This document shows, in pieces, positions 1 through 13,989 of a DNA stretch of 64,000 nucleotides. The DNA is from the human T2T-CHM13v2.0 reference genome, Homo sapiens. The first letter of the stretch is position 1, and the number at the start of each line of letters is the position of its first letter. The notes beneath the pieces were generated by a model. The model saw nothing but the letters and a program-made list of their open reading frames with translations, was not told where the DNA came from and ran no database searches. Location: assembly GCF_009914755.1 (NCBI RefSeq), contig NC_060927.1; one strand, written 5' to 3'. Position numbers and translations under genes: made by a program.

Positions 1-779
1 TCTTGTTTTCTTGCCTTCCTTCTGCACAATGTTTTCAAATTCAGAACATATGCTGAAACACTCCAAATGAACTTGACTTCTGCTGCTTCTCTTTCTTTGG
101 GAAACCACCTCATTTTTTGTGGACTAGCTGGCCTCCCCTCTCATCTTGACGCCTTTCTCCAGTTGTGATTTCTTTAAGAAATCCTGCCATGCCAAGGTCA
201 TTAGCTTTAGCACCACCGTTACAGGGAAGGCAGGTCAGGTTTGCCTCCTCAAACTCATCCTGGTGTTCCCGCTCAGCTCCTTAATGCATTCACTCTCTAG
301 TCTGTTAGGGACTCTAGTCTGTTAATATTGAATAGCCTTTCCCAGGTAATGGGATAGAGCTACTGAGCATCTCAACGAACCTCACTAGTATCATGTTATA
401 AAGTCAATTTGCAGCTTATCACTATCCTTGATTCCTCGTGAGCAGTGTATTGCCAAACCCTGTGATCTCTGTCTCAAGGAGCTTAAAAATGAAATTCAGA
501 TTGGTTAAAAGAAAACACACAGAGGCTTTCAACACCATTGGCCCCGGGTGTGGATAACACCAAGATCACCCGCTTTAGATATATAATAGAAAAATAAAGT
601 CCAAAATCTTGAGGAGAATGGCTGTAGACAAAGAAGATTGAGAAAATGTAGAGGAAAAAATAGTAAAACCACTGGTCTTGTGACTACAAAGGAAAAGACA
701 AGTTGGAAATTATGCTGGAGTTTCTGGCTTAGGAAGTTAGACATAAAGTAGAAAATACAATAGCCATGGATAAGAGCTG

Positions 780-1430
780 ATAAATTTAAAAGTATCGCTT
801 TTTTAAAAACCAGAAATAATACTGATTCACTTTAAAAATAGAAATTATCAAAATCACACTGCCCAAGTATAAACACAATTAAGTTTAACCTATTTGTTTA
901 AATGGAATATTCTGTGATCATTCTTCCACATTGCTAAAAATTCTAAATGACTTTTTCAAATTTATTTTTTCAGTTAATTGTTCAATATTTCAGGCATATC
1001 TAGAGGTATAAAGAATAATATAATGAACACCCAGTTTGAAAAAGAAATCATTACAAACACAGTTGAAGCTGTATGTATAGCCCTCTGTAGTAGCATTCCT
1101 CTTTTCCCCAGCAGTAACCATTTGCCCTCTAAAAATGATTTTTCCTGGTTGCATAATGTTCCATTATAGAAATGTAGCATAATCTATTTAACCAATTCCT
1201 TATTTTTGGGCATTTGGACTGTTTCAAATGTTTCATTATTATAAATAACAGTCTGATGAGCATCATTATGTATTTTTGCACACATATCTGTGATTATTTC
1301 CTAGAGACAAATTCCTAGAAGTAAAATTGCTATTCCCCAATGCTAAAGATATTGTGCTGCACGTTGCCAAATTGCCCTCCAGGAAAATTCTAACCAAGAA
1401 CACCTTATCCCACCCCCAGCCATTGTATGA
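780..1430 (-). mobile_element. Old L1ME-type 3' fragment
   Basis: Degenerate L1ME 3' motifs (aatctatttaaccaattcc...gggcatttggactgtttc...aaattcctagaagtaaaattgc); boundaries approximate. Confidence 0.6.
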
Positions 1431-1664
1431 AAGGACTTAGAAAATAGCTACACGTGAAACACTGGGGAAGCATCATAAATTATGTTTCTAATACACCTTT
1501 TCAACAGCCAAGCAGAGTGTCTGTTCCCCCCTAGGTGTAGGCTCTGTGCTTGGTACTGAGGATACAGAGGCCACTAAGGCCCTGTTGATCTAGAAGAGAA
1601 GAATAACACTGGAGTAGGGGGCAGGAGGTGTGCATGCTACTGGGCAACCTCGTAAAGTGCTTTA

Positions 1665-1790
1665 GAGCAATGCTTCCAGAGCCAGACCTCCATCTTGGGC
1701 AAATTATTTAACTTCTGTGTGCCCCAGTTTCCTTGCTTGTAAAATAGGGGTCATCAAATTTAATCAGCATAATCCATAAATCAGTAGTTC
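1665..1790 (+). mobile_element. MIR fragment
   Basis: MIR core cttgggcaaattatttaacttctgtgtgccccagtttccttgcttgtaaaatagggg. Confidence 0.7.
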
Positions 1791-1803
1791 AAAAGATACC
1801 ATG

Positions 1804-1940
1804 GGCCAGGCACCATAACTAACACATATAATCCCAGCATTTTGGGAGTCCAAGGCAGCAGGATCGCTGAAGGCCAGGAATTCAAGATAACTGTGGGCAA
1901 CATAGTGAAACCCCATCTCTACAGACAAAAAGAAAATTAA
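1804..1940 (+). mobile_element. FLAM / Alu left monomer
   Basis: Single Alu arm with A-rich tail; degenerate TSD aaagataccatg/aaagacacaatg. Confidence 0.85.
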
Positions 1941-2076
1941 AGACACAATGCACAATGCCATTCACTTATTCACTTGGAGCATAGTGTTATTGACACACCT
2001 GTATGCACAGCATCTTTGGAAAAGGCTTGGGATAGAAAGGGAGGGCAGAGCAGCAAAACAAAAAATAGGGACAAGA

Positions 2077-2458
<382 letters not shown>

Positions 2459-3100
2459 TTAAGTAAGAAGGAAATGCTCCATGCCAGGAAATGCTCCATG
2501 CCAGTTTTCAGTGTCCCTGCCTATGTGTTGCCCCCAAAACGGATTAACAAAATGTTTCCTTGCTGTGATCCACTCTGCTGGCCTAAGGCCACATATGAGC
2601 TGTACAGAAGGCAAGTTACTAGAAGGGCCTTGGCTACCATGCAGAGGGGTGTGTTTCCAGTTGCCAAGACAGAAGGAAAACACTCTCTCATTACACACCC
2701 AATATAATCTACATGCATTGATATACTCTATGTATCACCCATAGAAAAAGGCACAATGCAGAACAGTATGTTGCAAAAATACTGTATATATGTAATATAT
2801 ATGTTATATATGTATTTATACACTTATACATATAAACTATAGTTCATACACTCATACAATAATTAATATAAAAGTATTTATTGAGGGCCTACTATATGCC
2901 AGGTCCTATGCTAAATGCCAGGAGATATAATAAAAATATGGTTCCTGCCCTCAGCAAGTTTCCATTCTAGTGGCAAAAACTAACATATCTTCTATACTGC
3001 CATCTTGTTTAATTTTTTTATAATGATTTGGTATTACCGGTCTAAGAAAAAATAATTTTTGTTTTTAGAATAATGAATGATCTGCAGCAGCTATAAGACA

Positions 3101-3352
3101 GAGGCCAAGGCAGCCAGATATCTTGAGCGCAGGAGTTCAAGACCAGCCTGGGCAACATGGCAAAACTCTGTCTGTGCAAAAAATACAAAAAAATTAGCCA
3201 GGTGTAGTGGCATGTACCTGTGGTCCCAGCTACTTGGGAGGCTGAGGTGGGAGGATCACCTGAGCCCAGGGAGGTTGAGGCTGAAGTAAGCTGTGATGGT
3301 GCCACTTCACTCCAGCCTGGGCAATACAGTGAGACTTCTGCTTCAAAAAAAA
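3101..3352 (+). mobile_element. AluJ, 5'-truncated
   Basis: AluJ-type right arm (gaggatcacctgagcccagg...gaggctg) with short A tail. Confidence 0.9.
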
Positions 3353-3377
3353 TCTCATTTAATTATCTATTCTAGAA

Positions 3378-3691
3378 CAGGGGTCAGCAAACTTTTTCTG
3401 AAAGGGGTCCAGTAGTAAATATATTAGGCTTTGCAAGCCATTGGGTCTTCACTACAGCTATTCAACTCTGCCATTGCGGCATGAAAGCAGCCTGAGATAA
3501 GATGCTGATGAATAGCCAGGCTGTGTTACCAAAAAAACCCTGTATTTATGAAGGCAGGATTTTGAATTTCCTATAATTTTCACATGTTGTAAAATATTCC
3601 TCTTGAATTTTTTAAACCATTTAAAACTATAAAAATCATTCTTAACTCTTGGGGTGGGTTTGGCCCATGGGTCATAGATTGCCAACCCCTG
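3378..3691. mobile_element. MER58 (hAT-Charlie MITE, MER58B-like)
   Basis: TIRs caggggtcagcaa / ttgccaacccctg; internal tagtaaatatattaggctttgc...ctattcaactctgccattg. Confidence 0.85.
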
Positions 3692-4564
3692 ATTTAAACA
3701 GCTACGTAATAGCCCATTTCGTGGATATTCCAAAGTACTTTTAAATAATCCCCCATTGGTGATATTTAGATTGTTTCCAGCTTCTTCCTATTCCACACAA
3801 TGCTGTGATGAGCATCCTTGTGTGCATCTTTGCATCCAGAGTATGTAAATGAGTACCTTCCACCTGTCTCTGAATCCACACTGATGTCACCAGCACCAGC
3901 TCGTTTGAAAAAATGATATGAGAGGGGTTCTTGAGACAGTCCCACTGAAGTGCAAATGCAGAGGATCATAATGGCTCTTTTATTCACCAACCTAATAATT
4001 CTATTTTTAAAAGGCTGTCAAATTGGCTGACATGAGTTATTCCTTGTGAACCCTGCTGCTTGTTTTCAGTGATTCATTGTTCTCAATGTTTACTGAAAGG
4101 TTCTCAAGATGGCCTTCACGGTTTTCACCAGGAGGCTGTTAGAAACACTCTACAGCCATTTGCCAGGCCGCCCTCTCCCAGCGTTTCTCACCAGGCTCCC
4201 TGCCCTATCTTTGTTTTAGATATTCAGTCAGTTTGATATAAGATTTCCTTCCTACCGCCGCTGTAACTCACATACTTGGATGGGTGTTTCGTACATTTTT
4301 AGAATTTTTCCCAAGGATCTTCAACTTCTATTTATACACAGCTATCTCCATCCTGTCTACACAATTTCTATTTTTTCCCTTTGTTTGCATCACTTCGAAA
4401 TTTGAAAGAATAGGTTTATTTTAAAATTATTTTTGCAAAAGCAATACTTATTGCAAGAAAAACAAGTAGAAGCTCACTAAACACCATAAAATAGACCGTG
4501 AAGGTCCTCCCTTCTCTGCCCCACCAGTAACCCTACCCCACCCCTAGAGGTAGTCACTATACTC

Positions 4565-4837
4565 AGTCAGACTGGGACTTCAGATGCAGAACTGCAGATC
4601 TCTGTGACATTGGACAAGTCACTTAACTGAAGCCTTAGGTTCTTCATCTGTAAAAGGAGAATGATCATTCTTATTACTTTCAGATGGAAATTATGCTTAT
4701 GAAGCATTTAACACTTACTACAGTGCCTGATCATACTAACTGCTCAATAAACAATAGCTGTGTTAGAAATATTATTACTACAGTGCCTGACCATACTAAC
4801 TGCTCAATAAACAATAGCTGTGTTAGAAATATTATTA
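4565..4837 (+). mobile_element. MIR with 60-bp tandem duplication at its 3' end
   Basis: MIR core tgtgacattggacaagtcacttaac...ttcttcatctgtaaaagg; tail cagtgcctga...tgctcaataaa present twice. Confidence 0.8.
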
Positions 4838-5078
4838 AGAAATTAGTATTATCCTTCCTCTGTGCAAGCGTAGTCATAATTTTTAACATAATGTATAATT
4901 TTTAACATAAATGGCTTCATTTTATGCCTAAGCTTTGGTAATTTTTTTCAGTCATTTTTTCTGGAATAACTGTCTTCTTCCTTTTAATGACTTTATAGAA
5001 TCTCAATGCATTGGTGTCCCATTATTTGTTTAATCATTCCACTGTTGATGGTTATTTAGGTTTTCAATTCAGATTTTC

Positions 5079-5245
<167 letters not shown>

Positions 5246-5532
5246 TTGAAACAGGATCTCGCTCTGTTGCCCATGCTGGAGTGCAGTGGTTCATTCATAG
5301 CTCACTGCAGACTCAACCTTCTGGGCTCAAGCAATCCTCCCACCTCAGCCTCCAAAGTAGCTAGGACTACAGGCATGCACCACCACACCCAGCTACTTTT
5401 TTTAAAGTTTTTTGTAGAGATGGGGTCTTGCTATGTTTCCCAGGCTGATCTCAAACATCTGGCCTCACAACATCCTCCCACCTCAGCCTCCCAAAGTGCT
5501 GGGAATACAGACATGAGCCAGAATGCCCAGCA
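5246..5532 (-). mobile_element. AluJ
   Basis: Reverse-complement AluJ body; 15-bp TSD tcaattcagattttc at 5064-5078 and 5533-5547. Confidence 0.95.
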
Positions 5533-5699
5533 TCAATTCAGATTTTCAATGCTGGAGGGAAGAGCCTTGAACATACATATTTGAGTATTTATGCCAGTAT
5601 TTTCTTAGAACGAATTCTCCAAAATGGAATTGCTGTGTCAATGGGTATAGACTTTTTTTTTTTTTTAATTTTAATAGCTCCCAGAATACTTCCAGCTCC

Positions 5700-6045
5700 T
5701 TGCCGTCCAGAACCTCATGGGGCTGCAACCCTCTAGTCCTCTTGCCAATGGAAAGGCCATGAGACCTGGCCAATAAGTTGTTGAGTGCAAGGGACATATG
5801 TCATCACCATTTTACTGCCAGTTTGAAACCTTCCAGGGGTTTCTTTATCTTCTGCCATTGTAATCAGCTGTATTTCAGACAGACAGTGGCTGCTCCACCA
5901 GCCTGAGTTCTGTAGTGAGTTCCATGTGAAAGAGAGCTTCAGCTGACCTGCCACAACCACATAGCATGAATGAGCAATAAACATATGTTGTTTTAAGCCA
6001 CTGTCATTTGGGGGTTGCTGGTTACTATAGCATAACCTGATTGAT
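5700..6045 (+). mobile_element. MLT1-type (MLT1J-like) MaLR solo LTR
   Basis: 3' end aataaacatatgttgttttaagccactgtcatttgggggttgctggttactatagcataacctga; internal ggccaataagttg...atatgtca. Confidence 0.7.
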
Positions 6046-8349
6046 ACACTGCAAAACTGCTCTCCAAAAAAGTTTCTATCAATTCACAATCCTACCAATA
6101 GTAAGTGAAAGAGCTGTTTTATTACAGCCCTTTTGCCGTGTTTCCTCATTTTATAGATTTCTCCTTTCCGTTAGTCTTATTAGACATGATCAGAAAAAAA
6201 GGTGTGTAATGCTTCAGCCACTTACGAAGGCTTTATTAATTTCACACACCTTCTTATTTATTAGCAAATCCTATTTTCTCAAATATGTCTCACTGTGCTA
6301 ATATGCAAGTAAAAGGCCTTCTCATGCTCTTTAATTGTTTTTTCCTTAGCATTACCTAATTCCCTTTTTGCTACCTCATTTTATGTCCAAGAGCCTTAAC
6401 AAGTATACTGTAATCCCATCCATGTCTCTCCTCACCATCTTGATATTCACAAAAGACCTTCCCCATCATAGAGAAATGAGCAGTCATTGTATTTTATATG
6501 TTACTATATTGAATTGTCCTTTTAAAAAACTCACATTAATACTTCTGCATAGCTCTTACCTTTATTTGTAAGTACAAGGGGAAATAAGTGTAGATGTTCA
6601 TCCAAACTCTGGCCACTTTTTAAGGAGCAGCTCAAATGCCACCTCATCACCCTCCGCTTAAGGTAATCGTTGTCTTTTCTAAATTCCCATGTGCTTTTCT
6701 ATATCTTTTTCACAACACTTGCTTTGTTGAATTGCAGTTAAAGGGGCCTAATTTGTGAACTCATGCTTCCTGTGTTCCCTTTGCAGTAAACATTATTCAT
6801 TTATATGGAGCATATTTTGCTATCACTGCACTATGAAGTTATATCATGAGGTAGCAACTCTCACTGAGAGCTCAGGAAGGCATGTGATCAGAGCACCAGT
6901 GTGAAAACAAGACCTTCTCATGAAGATTTGGGAAAAACCCAAAACCCTTAAAATATGAATGTTCAAACTCCTCAAACCCCAAGTGCATTCCTGTATTTTT
7001 TTCCTACAAGCCTAATGATTCTTCTACTGATGAAATCCAGGAAGAAGGGAAGCAGGATGTATTTGATGATAACCACTGGTATATGTACAAACTCTCCACT
7101 GGGATGTATTTGCTTGTCTCCAGCTTGGAAAGTTGTAGTGGGACAATGTGAACTGACTGACTCAGGCCAGTTTGGTTAAGTACAACTACTAGGTTGCTTC
7201 TCTTGTAGAATATAAATTGCAAGAAGGCACAAAGTAGTTGCTAAATAATTGTTTAATACATAGTTAGAGGTAGGTCACTGTAAACTACCTCCCCTAAACT
7301 TGCTGCAATAAAAGTGAGTCTAGTACCAAATTCTGTCACACAAACATTTATTAAATAAGCATTTATTAGCAAGCAATCACAAAAACAGTCATATAACCTC
7401 CAAGCTCAATGAAATCCCAGCACTCTATCCTTCTATATACTCCAACCATTCTTTGCATTAAACATTCTCTTGATACAGACACAACGACATTCTTGAAGCA
7501 GAATTCAGTTAACCTCTTAGCCAGAATCAGGCAACCAGAATCATCTAAGTTAGTAGATGGAGGCAGGACTATATTAGAATCAAGCCTTAGGCACCACTTT
7601 GAAAGTCGAAGGGTAAAAAGCTCACTAGAGTTTTATGTGCTATTTGTGCAATATTGGGAAGTATCTGTAAAATATTTTAGCCAATCTGCATATCTTGAAC
7701 ACTAGTCATTTTAGCATGAAACCTCACTTCTAATATTTATCATGCTAACTAACAAAACTTTTGGTACTAGTCAAGGATAAATACAAAGTAGTTGAAACAC
7801 TCGTGGTTAAATTTATCTAGAGTATGGCCTTATTAATAAATGCAAACTGGCCATCTCCGGAGGATATTTCCAATCAGAGAGACTGTCGGTTCCTAGGGTG
7901 TAGCTTAAAACTAATCAACCACTTATTTAGATCACACTCTCTCTGCTGGCATAATTTAAAATCAATTACAGACATCAAAACACAAGGGGTCACTCATGTC
8001 AGATTCTAAAGAACAAAAATTAGAGAGTTTAACACAGCTCTGGAAATCTGGGGTGGCGGTGAACAATAGGCGCAGCAGGCACCTCTCTGTATATCTCCAG
8101 TCACATTAACTTTTGTGACAGTGGAATAAAAAGGAGAATTTGATTCACCAAAGGGACATTTCTTCTGGTAAACTGCCTGTGTACAGTGGGAGCAGTTGCC
8201 AGGTGACCCTCACTCTCCAAATTTGTCAGGGAGACTACCCCACACGCCTCACCCACCACCCCTACCCAACACCTCAGCACAAGCTTTGAAAGACATCTAA
8301 CACACAATTCTAAGATTGGAAATAAGAAGTAGTAGATGCTTTATTCCTT

Positions 8350-8915
8350 TTTTTTTAAGACTTTATTTTTTAGAGCAGTTTTAGGTTCACAGCAAAATTG
8401 AGTAGAATGTACCAAGATGTCCCAATATCCCCTGCCCTCACACAGGCACAGCCTCCCCAATTATCCACATCCTGCACTAGAGTGGTACATTTGTTGCAAT
8501 TGATGAACGTACATAGGCATATCATTATCCTCCAAAGCCCACAGTTTACATTAGGGTTTACTCTTGGTGTTGTACACCTCCCCTATTATCAACATCCTGC
8601 ACCAGAGTGGTACATCTATTGCAACTGATGAACCTACAAGGACACATCGTTGTCCTCCAAAGCCCATAGTTTACATTAGGGTTTATTCTTGGTGTTGTAC
8701 GTTCTATGGGTTTAGACAAATTTATAGTGACATGTGTCCATCATTATAGTATCACACAGTGTAGTTTCACTGCCCTAGAAATCCTCTGTGTTCTGCCTGT
8801 TTATCTCTCCCTTCCCCATCCCCTAGCAACCACTGACCTTGTTACTGTTTCCATAGTCACCTTTTCAAGGATGTCATGTAGTTAGAATCATATAGTATAT
8901 TGCCTTTTCAGGCTA
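8350..8915 (-). mobile_element. L1MC (L1MC1-like) 3' end with internal 125-bp tandem duplication
   Basis: ttttagagcagttttaggttcacagcaaaattgag...agagtggtacatttgtt...gtttacattagggtttactcttggtgttgtac. Confidence 0.85.
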
Positions 8916-9799
8916 GCATATTGTGTTTCTTCTTTTGTCTTAAGATGGATATAAAGAAAGAAAAGCCTTCTCATAGAGCCTCATTAAATTCCTCCTTCTC
9001 ACACCCAATCTGCCTCTCACCCCCTCAGTACCCACATGGAGTTGATATAGATGCAGAGTTGAAAGAGGTGGCTCTGGACAATCCTTACTCTCCCCACCTC
9101 CTCCTCATTATCACTCCTCTCACTGAAGAATAGACTTTTTATGGCCATGGTATTTTGTGCAACATCTTACTGTGTCCCCATAATTCCTCTACCAAGCCAA
9201 GGGTCAACATTTGAAGGTACAAATGATTGCACATGGCCTTTTATTATTTCTTCGGTATTTACATAATGCATTTAAGTTTTTTGAAATGTGTTTTGGGTCA
9301 GCGTTAATGGATCAAAAGTGTTGAATGGTATGGCTCTGAGTATGTAGCTACATTTTTAAAAATAATTCTTATGGAAAGAATTTCCCATTATAAGTCTTTG
9401 CACTGTAAGTTGCATTTTTCCTGAGATACAGCCTTGACATGCGATATGGATCCTGTACAAGATACATGTACAAGCATATCCTATCTCCCTCCTGGAGACT
9501 CCAAACATAGGTCTGTGCCTCTTAATGTCTGCAAGTCCAGCATCTAGCTCAGTGCAATGGAACATAACAGGACTTTAAAATGCATTTATTGAGTAGATCT
9601 CACAGGTAACTGACAGTTATTTGTGCTTTGTTTGACTGTGATTCTCGCCATATTTAGATTTGTCTTTCTTATGAAATTATGTTAACATTTCAGTGTAAAG
9701 ACAATACTTTGGAGACATTGTGGGTTAGGTTCTGGACTACTGCAATAAAGTGAGTCACACAAAATTTTTTGTTTCCCAGTGCATATAAAAGTTATATCT

Positions 9800-9933
9800 A
9801 GGTGGGTGTAATGGCTCACACCTGGAATCCCAGCAACTCTGGAGGCCGAGGCAGGAGGATTGCTTGAGCCCAGAAGTTTGAGACCAGTCTGGGCAACTTA
9901 GTGAGACACTATCTCTGCTATAAAAAGATTTTT
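9800..9933 (+). mobile_element. Alu left monomer (FLAM or AluJ remnant) inside Tigger1
   Basis: Single Alu arm; no TSD visible. Confidence 0.85.
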
Positions 9934-10261
9934 AGAAAGGGGAACTACTTTCTTTGCTCATTCATAAGAAGCAACTCCTCAAATGTAAAGTTTTATCACA
10001 TCTTTAGGCTCCACTTCAAATTCTGTTGTTATTTTTATCACATCTACAGTTACCTGCTCCACTGAAGTACTGAACCCCTTAAAGTAATCCATGAGATTTG
10101 GAATCGACTTCTTTCAAGCTACTCTTCATGTTGATATTTTGACCCTCTCCTATGAATCACAAATGTTCTTAATAGCCTCTAGTATGGTTAATCGTTTCCA
10201 GAAGATGTTCAATTTACTTTGCCCATATCCATCACTATCAAAGGTGGCTATAGTTTTATGA

Positions 10262-10491
<230 letters not shown>

Positions 10492-10534
10492 TGAAATGTA
10501 TTTCTTAAATAATAAGGCTTGAAAGCTGAAATTA

Positions 10535-10987
<453 letters not shown>

Positions 10988-11178
10988 TTATGAGCAGTAG
11001 GTCTCAATAGTGGGCTTAAAATATTCAGTAAAACATGCTTTACAGGCAACATAACAGATGTGCTGTCATGAAGGTTTTGTTGTTCCATTTCTGGAGCAAA
11101 GGCACAGTCAATTAAGCCTAATTTTTAAGGGGCTAGGGTTATTGGAATGGTCAATGAGCATTGGTGTCAACGTAAAAG

Positions 11179-11574
11179 TTAGCCTGTCCTTTCAAGTTTT
11201 GAAACAGGCCTTGACTTCTCCCTAGTTTGAAAAGTCCTAGATGATATCTTCTTCCAAGAGAAGGCTGTTTCATCTACATTGAAAATCTGGGGTTTAGTGT
11301 ACCTACCTTCATCAACAATCTTAGCCAAATCTTCTGGATAACTTGTTGCAGCTTCTCTATCAGCACTTGCTACTTCACCTTGCATTTTTATGCTATGGAA
11401 ACAGCTTTTGTCCTTAAACCTCATGAACCAACCTCTGCTAGCTTCAAACTTTTGTTCTGCAGCTTCCTTACCTCTCTCAGCCTTCATAGCATTAAAGAGA
11501 GTTAAGGACTTGCTCTGAATTAGGCTTTGGCTTAAGGGAGTGTTGTGACTGGTTTTATCTTTTATCCAGGCCAC
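11179..11574 (-). pseudogene. Tigger1 transposase remnant (longest open segment)
   Basis: Translated ORF resembles the pogo/Tigger1 HTH-CENPB to DDE region; truncated by frameshifts and stops. Confidence 0.9.
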
Positions 11575-12550
11575 TCAAATCTTCTTATCAGCGATAAGCC
11601 TGCTTTGCTTTCTTATCCTTTGTGTGTTCACTGCAGTAGCACTTTTAATTTCCTTCAAGAACTTTTCCTTTGCATTCCCAACTTGGGAAACTGTTTTGCA
11701 CAAGAGCCCTAGCTTTTGGCCTATCTTCGCTTTTAATATGCCTTCCTCACTAAATTAAACATTTCTAGCTTTTGATTTAAAGTGAAAGAAATGCCACTTT
11801 TCCTTTTACATAAACAGTTAGAGGCCATTGTAGGGTTATTAACCGGACTGATTTCAATATTGTGTCTCAAGGAATAGATAGGGCTGAGGAGAAGGAGAAA
11901 GATGAGAATGGCCAGTCAGTGGAGACTTCAAAACGCATACACCATTTACTGATTAAGTTTGCTACCTTATATGGGCATGATTTGTGGCACCCCAAAACAA
12001 TTACAATAGTAATATCAAGGATCACTGATTATAGATCACCATCATAGGTATAATAATGAAAAAGTTTGAAATATTGCAAGAATTACCAAAATGTAACATA
12101 GAGAAATGAAATGAATTGTTGTTAAATGCTGTTGGGAAAAAAATTGTGTCGGCAGACTTGCTCAACTCAGGGTTGTCACGAATCTTCAATTTGTAAAAAA
12201 CAAATCTGTGAAGTGCAATAAAATGAGGTATGCCTCTGTTTATTGTGTCCTGAATGCCCATAAAAGAAGTTTAGGGTATGGTTTATTTTATTTTTCACTA
12301 GTACAGATTCTACTTTTTTACAGAAGGATGGTGGGCATTGCACCTACCCTAAAGAATTTTTGCATAAAATAAAGTCAGTAGTTGCCATTTTTTTAAAAGA
12401 CTCTCAATTATGGGGACAATTGGCAGCTAAGCAATTTTATAACTATAAGAAAACCTCATTTAATAATATGGTTAAAATTTTCATATATTTAGCATGTGCA
12501 AGGCTTTGTGCTAAGTATCTTACAAGCATGATCTCATTTAACCCTTTATT

Positions 12551-12737
12551 CTTTTTGCCTTAGCTTCCAATATGGCTTGGCACAGCACTGTTACTGATCC
12601 TGTGTTTATTGAAAATGTTGATAGTTTTTTCATCATGAGGTTTTTTTGCATAAATTTGGGTATTTTTAAAATCTGGTATTAAAATATTATTTATCTAAAT
12701 TCCTGTTTTTTTCGGCACCTCCCTCAATTTTGCGCCC
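12551..12737 (-). mobile_element. MER96B-like hAT MITE fragment, inside a MIR
   Basis: ccaatatggcttggcacagcactgttactgatcctgt...ggcacctccctcaattttgcgccc matches my recollection of MER96B. Confidence 0.65.
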
Positions 12738-13568
12738 TATTTCCAGTAACAGCCTCAGGGTGCTGGGACTATTATTTTTCTCCCTTTCGAGATAAAGAAA
12801 CAGAGGGTCAGAATAGTTGCATTTGCCCACAGTTTACAGGTGCCAGTAATGGTGGAATAAGGTCAGATTCCTGATACCATGACATATCAGCCCTCAGTTT
12901 ACGCACATAGTTTTACAGATAAGGAAACAGAGATGCAGACAGTTAAGAGGGTATGCACAGTCACCCAACAACTTGGGAACAGAACCAAACCAGAACCCAG
13001 GATTCCTCACCTGTCTCAAAAACACAGTGGTGTGAGCCGTGCATTGTAGATGCATCATACTTGTTCCCCAGGCTGCACCAGGCTTCAGAGTTCATTCTTT
13101 CAATAACTATTTATTAAGCATCTCCTAGGAGCTGTACACTATGTAGTAGTTGGTCCAATGAAGACTGACTTCCTTGGCAAAGAAGCTGGGAAAATGTAGT
13201 AGAAAGCATTCATTTCTTCATTCACTATGCTAGGCTCCGGGATACACAGCAGAATAAAATTCTGAAAAGTTCACTGACAAAAGGAGGACATAGATATGCA
13301 ACTAAAAATTGAGATAAACTAAGCTAAGCTCAACCATAGAAGGACTCAAAAGTTACAGAGCCTCTGTTTCACATTCTGAATGCTGAGTCGCTTTAGTTTA
13401 GTGAGCACCTTCAGTACTGAAAACACAAGTGTTATGGGCTGGCGGAAGAGGATTCAGAGAAATGTAAAGGAAGCTTCCGCTCCTTCGGTTTATATTCTAC
13501 TTGAAGAAAAAGGTCATGTACATATGACATGTCTAGTATTTATTTATCTGACCTCCTAATTATTAATA

Positions 13569-13602
13569 TTAGGTTGGTGCAACAGTAATTGTGGTTTTTG
13601 CA
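13569..13602. mobile_element. Solo Hsmar1/MADE1 terminal inverted repeat
   Basis: ta|ttaggttggtgcaacagtaattgtggtttttgc vs MADE1 TTAGGTTGGTGCAAAAGTAATTGCGGTTTTTGC; second arm absent. Confidence 0.85.
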
Positions 13603-13989
13603 TGGGCTTTTTTCCTTTTGTTCTCCAGGGTATTGTCAACACCCAGAATAGCAAATGGCACAGGATTGGTGCTCAGAGTTTCGAGAATGATGGAGAACAA
13701 GCAGAAATAAGTCTTTTAGGAATTGTGCCATTCTGGTTGGAATTTTGGACACATATTCCCTCTCTTAAAAGTTCATTTGACATATTTATTTTTAACATCT
13801 TTTTGTCACCTTGAAGGTGCCATCTTGTGTCTCTATGGGCAAAGGCTATAAAAGATGGATGGTGTTTGGATAAGAAGAGGTCTTCATGGAGAAGTTTGTC
13901 TTGGAATTTGACTTCAATAAGGACAAATATGGCACCCTTCCAATATGAGGTTTTAAGAATTTGACAGATAATCAGTCCTTTGGCTTAAT

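Noticed and set aside
7011-7078. Candidate plus-strand exon PNDSSTDEIQEEGKQDVFDDNH after a pyrimidine tract
   Set aside because: AAG acceptor and weak GTATAT donor; no recognisable protein. Spliced RNA-seq reads or coding conservation would be needed.
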